Part shown: positions 58,151 to 64,000 of the stretch, in pieces
How positions within the stretch are numbered: the stretch's first letter is position 1
How the letters are laid out: every line of letters begins with the position of its first letter
Source: Archangium sp.
GTDB lineage: Bacteria; Myxococcota; Myxococcia; Myxococcales; Myxococcaceae
Length of the DNA: 64,000 bases
Assembly (NCBI GenBank): GCA_031367385.1
Contig: JANLPS010000027.1
Location: 1-64,000 of the forward strand
Reading direction: 5' to 3'
The notes under the pieces: generated by a model
What the model saw: the letters and a program-made list of their open reading frames with translations, nothing else
Told to the model about the DNA's origin: nothing
Databases searched by the model: none
Program-made: the position numbers and the translations under genes

Positions 58151-61000
58151 TTGCGATCCGTGCTCGCCAGTGGGTTGTTGGTCTGCCTCGCGCTTGGCGC
58201 CATCGAGGCGCGCGCTGACAACACCGCCGACGAGGCCGACATCGCCTTCGCGCTGGGCAACAAGCACTACTCCCGCCGCGAGTACGAGCCTGCGCTCTCG
58301 CAGTACTTCTTGTCGTACCGGCTGGTGCCCAACCGCAACGTGCTGTTCAACATCGCGCACTGCTACGAGGCGCTGAACCGCTTCGACGAGGCGTACCGCT
58401 ATTACTACGACCTCTCGGTCGACGCCGCCGGCAGTGAAGCAGACCGAAAAGACATTCGGGTCGCGCTGACCCGCTTGGGCCCCCGGGTGGCGTTGGTCTC
58501 TGTGACCTCCGAGCCGAGCGGCGCTGAGATTTTCGTCGACCGCGAAGACTTGGGCAGCCGCGGCAGAACCCCGCAGACCGTCGCCGTACCCCCCGGCGCG
58601 CACACCGTGATGGTGAAGTCGGTGGGGTACCACCAGGCCCAGGCCAAGGTGACCGCGCTCAAAGGCAAAGAGGCCAAGCAGGCCCTCACGCTCGAGCGCA
58701 TCGTGGGGCGGGTCGAGCTCTCGGGTTCACCGGCGGGTGCCATCGTTCGCGAGACCTCTGACGGCCCCGAGCTCGGGCGGCTGCCGGTCACCCTGTCACT
58801 GGTGCCCGGCGCCAAGCTGCTCCTGGTGCAGGCCGACGGCTACGTCTCGGGGCAGGTGCTGGTCGAGGTCAAGCCCAACACCGCCGTCGCCAGCAAGGTC
58901 GTGCTGGTCGAGCGGCCCAAGTCGCAAGGCACGCTGATTCTCACCGCCAATCGCGACAAGGCGTTGGCGCGGGTCGATGGCAAAGACTCGGGCTTCACGC
59001 CAACCGTGCTGACCCTGCCGGTCGGCCGTCACCACGTCGAAATCACCTCTGAAGAGGCGCAGCCGTTGGTGCGCGAGATTGACGTGGTGGCCGACTCGGA
59101 GCAGCGCATCGACGCTGATTTGCGGTACGCGCCGCCGCCAGTGAGCGCCGCTTCGAAGACCGCGCTCTCGGTCGACCAGGCGCCGGCCTCGGTGACCGTC
59201 ATCACCCGCGAAGAGATTCAGAGCTTCGGCTACCAGACCCTGCCCGAGGCCCTGCGGGCCGTGCGCGGCTTCTTCTTCACCGACGACCACATCTACACCT
59301 ACATCGGGCTGCGCGGCTTTTCGCCTCCGGGCGATTTGAACACCCGCATTCTCATCTTGTACGACGGGCACCCCACCAACGACGCGTGGGCCGGCCAGGG
59401 CTACTCGGCGCGCGACTTCGACGTCGACTTGAACGAAATCGACCGCATCGAAGTGGTACGGGGCCCGGCCTCAATTCTCTACGGCACCGGCGCGCTGTTC
59501 GGCGTCATCAACGTGGTGCCCCGCGAGCACTTGAGCGGCGGCAAGAACGTCGAGGGGGCGGTCGGCGCGGGCGGCGTCGGCGGCGTGAAGGCCCGGGTCA
59601 CCGGCAGCGTCGGCAGCGGTGAGCGCTCGCTGCTCATCTCTGCGGCGGGCTTCAACTCGAGCGGTGGTGAGCTCACCCAGGTCGACGATGTCACCGTCAC
59701 CGGGCTCGATGGCGAGCGCGCTCTCGGCACCTCCATACACGCCAGGTGGGACGGGTTCACCCTCACCGGCAAGCTCAACCAGCGCCGCAAGCAGGTGCCC
59801 ACCGCGCCACACGGAGCGACCTTCAACGTCTCCGGCAGCGAGTACACTGATGTGCGCGGGTTCGCCGAGCTGCGGTACCAAAAGGAGCTCGGGCGGGTCT
59901 CCCTCTCGGGCCGGCTCAGCTACGACGCCTCGCGCTTTCGCGGGTATTACGCCAACCTCGTCGACGGCGACAGCCGGGTGCGCACCAACGACAGTGGTGG
60001 CGGCGATTGGGGTGACCTCGATCTCCGTGTCTCGGTCGGGCTGTGGTCGGGCAACCGGTTGACGGTGTCAGCAGAGGCGAACGGCCAATTCACCTACGAG
60101 CAGTTCGTGGGCAAGGCCCAGACGGAGTACATCAACCGCTTTCTCATCAGCGGCACGCTCATCGACGAGTGGCAGGTCACGCCTTGGTTGTTCATTCAAG
60201 CCGGTGTGCGACTCGACAAGTACCTCGACCTGGCCGACCTCGCGTTCTCCCCGCGTGGGGCGCTGGTGATCAAGCCCTATGCAGCGGGCTTGACCAAGCT
60301 GGTCGCGGGGCAGGCCTTTCGCGCTCCGAACATCTACGAGCTCCACTTCAACGATGACTTTCAGAGTGTGCGCTCGATCGAGCCTGGCTCGCTGCGCCCT
60401 GAGCTCATCACCACCTTCGAGCTCGAGCACTCCCACAACATCACGCCAGAGTTTCGGGCCACCGTCGGCGGTTATTACAACCTCATCGACCGGCAGATTT
60501 CACTGATCTACGACCACGCGGCCGACCCAGCCTGCGGGCCCGAGGGCAAGAAGGTGCAATGTCAGTACTACGCCAATCGCCCACGGCTCACGGCACTTGG
60601 GGCCGAGGCCCAGCTGCGATGGCAGCCCGGCCGCTTCACCCTCGTCGACGGCACCTATTCATACGTCGTGCTGCGCGGCGGTGACCCAGAGAACCCCGTG
60701 GTGTACCCGACCCACCTGGCCTCGATGCGAGCGCTGGTGCCCCTGCGAGAAGGCTTGTTACGGCTGTCGACCCAGCTGACCTACCAATCGTCGCGCCTCG
60801 ATGCGCGGGGCAACCCCATCGGCGAGGCCCTGCTGGTCAACGTCGGGTTCGCGGGTGAGTACGGCCCGGTGCGCTACTTCGCGGGGGTGCAGAACCTGCT
60901 CGATCAGCGAATCGGGCTCCCGGTGCGCGGAGAAACCGACAACCTGGTGGTCTCGCAGTATGGGCGCACCTTCTGGCTCGAATTGACGGCTGGCTTTTAG
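58151..61000 (+). CDS. TonB-dependent receptor with N-terminal TPR and PEGA domains
   Basis: SEPSGAEIFVD (PEGA), APASVTVIT, RIEVVRGPASILYG, terminal Phe. Confidence 0.92.
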   Translation: MRSVLASGLLVCLALGAIEARADNTADEADIAFALGNKHYSRREYEPALSQYFLSYRLVPNRNVLFNIAHCYEALNRFDEAYRYYYDLSVDAAGSEADRKDIRVALTRLGPRVALVSVTSEPSGAEIFVDREDLGSRGRTPQTVAVPPGAHTVMVKSVGYHQAQAKVTALKGKEAKQALTLERIVGRVELSGSPAGAIVRETSDGPELGRLPVTLSLVPGAKLLLVQADGYVSGQVLVEVKPNTAVASKVVLVERPKSQGTLILTANRDKALARVDGKDSGFTPTVLTLPVGRHHVEITSEEAQPLVREIDVVADSEQRIDADLRYAPPPVSAASKTALSVDQAPASVTVITREEIQSFGYQTLPEALRAVRGFFFTDDHIYTYIGLRGFSPPGDLNTRILILYDGHPTNDAWAGQGYSARDFDVDLNEIDRIEVVRGPASILYGTGALFGVINVVPREHLSGGKNVEGAVGAGGVGGVKARVTGSVGSGERSLLISAAGFNSSGGELTQVDDVTVTGLDGERALGTSIHARWDGFTLTGKLNQRRKQVPTAPHGATFNVSGSEYTDVRGFAELRYQKELGRVSLSGRLSYDASRFRGYYANLVDGDSRVRTNDSGGGDWGDLDLRVSVGLWSGNRLTVSAEANGQFTYEQFVGKAQTEYINRFLISGTLIDEWQVTPWLFIQAGVRLDKYLDLADLAFSPRGALVIKPYAAGLTKLVAGQAFRAPNIYELHFNDDFQSVRSIEPGSLRPELITTFELEHSHNITPEFRATVGGYYNLIDRQISLIYDHAADPACGPEGKKVQCQYYANRPRLTALGAEAQLRWQPGRFTLVDGTYSYVVLRGGDPENPVVYPTHLASMRALVPLREGLLRLSTQLTYQSSRLDARGNPIGEALLVNVGFAGEYGPVRYFAGVQNLLDQRIGLPVRGETDNLVVSQYGRTFWLELTAGF

Positions 61001-61044
61001 AAGGGGTTGCGTTCGAGCCCCGAAGTGCCTTACGCGACCTGCCC

Positions 61045-62100
61045 ATGGCAGTGGCTTTCTCGACCCTCACCGACCCCAAAGCGGCGCCCACGTACCGGTC
61101 GTCGGCCTTTCAGCGAGCCATCGAGGGCCTGCTCTACGACCCGCGTGACGCGGTGTTCGTGCGGCTCTCGCTCAAGGTGGTGTTGGTGATGGTGCCGCTG
61201 CTGCTGGCGCTCTACCTGCGCTTCTCGTGGTGGTTGGCGGCCGTGGTGCTGGTGATTCAGCTGCCGCTGATGGCGCCTCCGGTGATTTTGATGCTGCACA
61301 ACACCATGCACCGGCCCTTCTTCAAGAAGGCCCGCTGGCTCAACCGCGTGCACCCGTACGCGATGAGCGGGCTCTTCGGCATACCGACCGGGTACATGGA
61401 GCACCACGTGGCGATGCACCACGTCGAGAACAACCTGCGCTCAGACCTCTCGTCGACCATGCAGTACCAGCGCGACAACGTGCTGCATTGGGTGGCTTAC
61501 GTGGGCCGCTTTTTCTTCACATCGCACGTGGGGCTGACCCGGTATCTGGTCTCGAAGGGCCGCGGCGCGCTGGCCCGCAGGGCGATGCTGAGCGACGGCG
61601 CTCACGTGGCCTGCATGGTGGGGCTGAGCTTCGTGAATTGGCGCGCGACCCTGATGGCCTTCGTGGTGCCGTACCTGCTGATTCGAATCATGATGATGGT
61701 AGGCAATTGGGGGCAACACGCCTTCATCGACCCCAGCCGCCCCGGCGACAGCTACGCCAACAGCATCACGTGCATCAACGGGGCGTACAACGCCCGCTGC
61801 TTCAATGACGGGTACCACATCGGCCACCACGTGAAGCAGAACCGCCACTGGTCGGAGATGCCCAAAGACTTCGAAGACAACCTGGCCAAGTACCAGGCCG
61901 AGGGCTGCATCGTGTTCGAGAAGATCGACTTCTTCGTGGTCTCGATGCTGCTCTTCGGGCGCCAGTACGGGCTGCTCGCCAAGTTCTTCGTGCGCCTGCC
62001 CGGCGACGAGCGCAGCGACGCTGAAATCATTGAGTTTCTCAAGGGCCGCACCCGCCGCTTCGCCGCCGACGTCACCGAGGGCGTCGTGGTGAACGCCTGA
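61045..62100 (+). CDS. Membrane fatty acid desaturase
   Basis: His boxes HNTMH, HVAMHH, HIGHH. Confidence 0.9.
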   Translation: MAVAFSTLTDPKAAPTYRSSAFQRAIEGLLYDPRDAVFVRLSLKVVLVMVPLLLALYLRFSWWLAAVVLVIQLPLMAPPVILMLHNTMHRPFFKKARWLNRVHPYAMSGLFGIPTGYMEHHVAMHHVENNLRSDLSSTMQYQRDNVLHWVAYVGRFFFTSHVGLTRYLVSKGRGALARRAMLSDGAHVACMVGLSFVNWRATLMAFVVPYLLIRIMMMVGNWGQHAFIDPSRPGDSYANSITCINGAYNARCFNDGYHIGHHVKQNRHWSEMPKDFEDNLAKYQAEGCIVFEKIDFFVVSMLLFGRQYGLLAKFFVRLPGDERSDAEIIEFLKGRTRRFAADVTEGVVVNA

Positions 62101-62151
62101 AAACGAGCCTCCGGGCTCGAAGCGCGATTACACTTCGAGGCTGAGCCTGCA

Positions 62152-63102
62152 ATGCCTCCCCAACCGTCGGCGCCGTCTGCGCAAAAGCCCATCGAGGTGC
62201 CGAGCCGGAGGTTCGTCAAGTACACGATTCGCTCGCGCCTAGGGCAGGGTGGCATGGCCGAGGTCTTCTTGGCCGAGGCGATCGACCAAAACGGAGATCA
62301 GCTCAACGTCGCGCTCAAGCTGATGAAGAAGGGCATCAGCGAAGATCAATTCGCCGACGAAGCCGACCTGATGGGCCTGCTCTCGCACCCGAACCTGGTG
62401 CAGATGCTGGAGATCGGCACCGCCTTCGGCCGCCCCTTCATCGCGATGGAGTTTCTCATCGGCGGTGACTTGAAAGAAGTGATGGAGGCGCACCGCCGCC
62501 AGATGAAGGGTTTCCCGCTCAACATGGGGGTGCACATCACGCTCGAGGCGCTCAAGGCGCTCGCGTATTTTCACTCGGCGACCTCACGCACCGGCGCGCC
62601 GCTGAGCCTGGTGCATTCAGACGTGAACCCGGCCAATGTTTTTTTCTCGGGCCGCGGCGAGGTGAAGCTGGGTGACTTCGGCGTCGCGAGCTCTGGCCGC
62701 GCCAACATCGGCCCTGGTGAAGGCGTCGCCGCTGGCAAGCTCTCGTACCTCTCGCCCGAGCAGACCCGCGCCGAGGCCCTGGGCCCGGCGTCTGATTTGT
62801 GGGCGGTGGGCGTGATGCTGCACGAGCTGGTCGTCGGGTATCACCCGTTTCAAAAAGAAGGCGCCAACGAGCCCGAGACGATGGCGATGATTCGGGCCGG
62901 CAAGCTGGTGATCCCCGACTATGTCGACAAGCCGCTGGCCCAGGTGATTCAGAAGGCCCTCGCGGTCGACTTGCGCACCCGGTACCGCAGCGCCGGCGAG
63001 TTCGGCGGGCCGCTCTTCGCCTACGCCCTCGACAAGAACTTGCTGCCCACCGCTCGCCAGGTTCAGGAGTGGCTGGAGAGCGTCTTGGGGCTCCTGGTCT
63101 GA
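62152..63102 (+). CDS. Cytoplasmic Ser/Thr protein kinase
   Basis: GQGGMAEV, VALK, HSDVNPAN, DFG, GKLSYLSPE. Confidence 0.92.
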   Translation: MPPQPSAPSAQKPIEVPSRRFVKYTIRSRLGQGGMAEVFLAEAIDQNGDQLNVALKLMKKGISEDQFADEADLMGLLSHPNLVQMLEIGTAFGRPFIAMEFLIGGDLKEVMEAHRRQMKGFPLNMGVHITLEALKALAYFHSATSRTGAPLSLVHSDVNPANVFFSGRGEVKLGDFGVASSGRANIGPGEGVAAGKLSYLSPEQTRAEALGPASDLWAVGVMLHELVVGYHPFQKEGANEPETMAMIRAGKLVIPDYVDKPLAQVIQKALAVDLRTRYRSAGEFGGPLFAYALDKNLLPTARQVQEWLESVLGLLV

Positions 63103-63202
63103 AAAGCCTGTGAATTCGGCCTGTTAACGTGATTGCGAGCGGTCTCCCGCCTGCGCCTGCAGAGGCGCTATACAGGCCGTGATGGTGGGGGAGTCACTGA
63201 CA

Positions 63203-64000
63203 ATGCGCGAGCCGCAGCCGGTGCTGTTCATCGGAGCATCTGACGACGACGCGGCTGCGGTGCTCGAGGCGCTTACGGCCAGCGGTCGCAGCGTTCGCGA
63301 GGTGCGGGCGAACGACGAATCGGCGAAGCAGGCGATGCAGTCAGAGCCCAAGGCCTTCGTGCTGATCGACTTGCGCGGCACCACGCGCGGCCCGAAGGCC
63401 TGGCGCGAGCTGCTCGACGAGCAACAGCCGGGCAAGCCCCTGGTGGTGCTCACCGACGACGCCCACCAGACCGAGCTGGTCGACTGGCTGCGCCACGGCA
63501 CCGACGACTGGCTCCAGCGCCCGTTCTTCCCCGCGGCGCATGCGGTGCTGACCCGGCTCGAGCACCAGGCGACACAGCGGGCCCTGCAGCGCGAGCGCGA
63601 GATGCGGCTCCAGGAGGCCACCGTTGGGTTGGTGCATCTGGCCCGCAGCCCTCGATTTCATGGCGACGACTTGCCAGCGGCGCTGCGAGAAATCACCGAG
63701 GTCGCGACGAGCAGCCTCGATGTCGCGCGCTGCGGAGTGTGGCTGTGCAACGAGGCGAAGACGCAGCTGCAGTTGGTCGACTTGTACGACACCGAGACCA
63801 AGGCGCACAGCGAAGGCCACGAGCTGTCACTGACTCTTCACCCCCACTACTTCGCGGCGCTGGCGGCGCACCAGGTCTTGGCGGTGGCCGAGGCCACCGC
63901 CGAAGAGAACACCTTCGATTTCGCCCAGGCGTATTTCAAGGAGCAGCGAATCGCCTCGACGCTCGACGCTGGGCTTCGGCTTCGCGGAGAGCTGGTGGGG
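63203..64000 (+). CDS. Signal transduction protein with receiver-like and GAF domains (3' end outside the window)
   Basis: Manual translation MREPQPVLFIG...VLID...LVVLT...GTDDWLQRP, then REITEVA...VARCGVW...YFAAL; open to the window edge. Confidence 0.8.
   Translation, partial: MREPQPVLFIGASDDDAAAVLEALTASGRSVREVRANDESAKQAMQSEPKAFVLIDLRGTTRGPKAWRELLDEQQPGKPLVVLTDDAHQTELVDWLRHGTDDWLQRPFFPAAHAVLTRLEHQATQRALQREREMRLQEATVGLVHLARSPRFHGDDLPAALREITEVATSSLDVARCGVWLCNEAKTQLQLVDLYDTETKAHSEGHELSLTLHPHYFAALAAHQVLAVAEATAEENTFDFAQAYFKEQRIASTLDAGLRLRGELVG

Overview
High-GC bacterial DNA that looks myxobacterial (Myxococcota). This is inferred from a MYXO-CTERM sorting signal, many DAG-linker Cys-rich lipoproteins, an FHA sigma-54 activator, a Myxococcales-type ECF sigma next to a Ser/Thr kinase, and a PEGA-TonB receptor. 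Core genes include csp, an isocitrate dehydrogenase-family enzyme, ptsH, tRNA-Gln(UUG), a GT2, a TPR/DUF3857 lipoprotein and ohrR-ohr. They are interleaved with accessory envelope genes, a cobalamin-riboswitch-controlled TonB receptor operon and a large putative metal-handling region (47-58 kb). Best candidates for something new: (1) a His-rich membrane-targeted leader ORF ending MPQGP whose last codons form the 5' arm of a U-tailed terminator hairpin in front of a TonB receptor, i.e. a probable ribosome-stalling metal attenuator; (2) two integrase-less islands bounded by a second copy of a host gene's 3' end, one with clearly synonymous-biased divergence; (3) 18-bp palindromic boxes repeated with a 22-bp period at three loci; (4) an unannotated 41-aa double-glycine-leader peptide; (5) a REP-like palindromic insert that preserves ATGA translational coupling; (6) an ECF sigma with an amber codon at position 4. 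All family calls come from visual motif recognition, not database searches. No rRNA, CRISPR array or intact transposase/integrase was seen.
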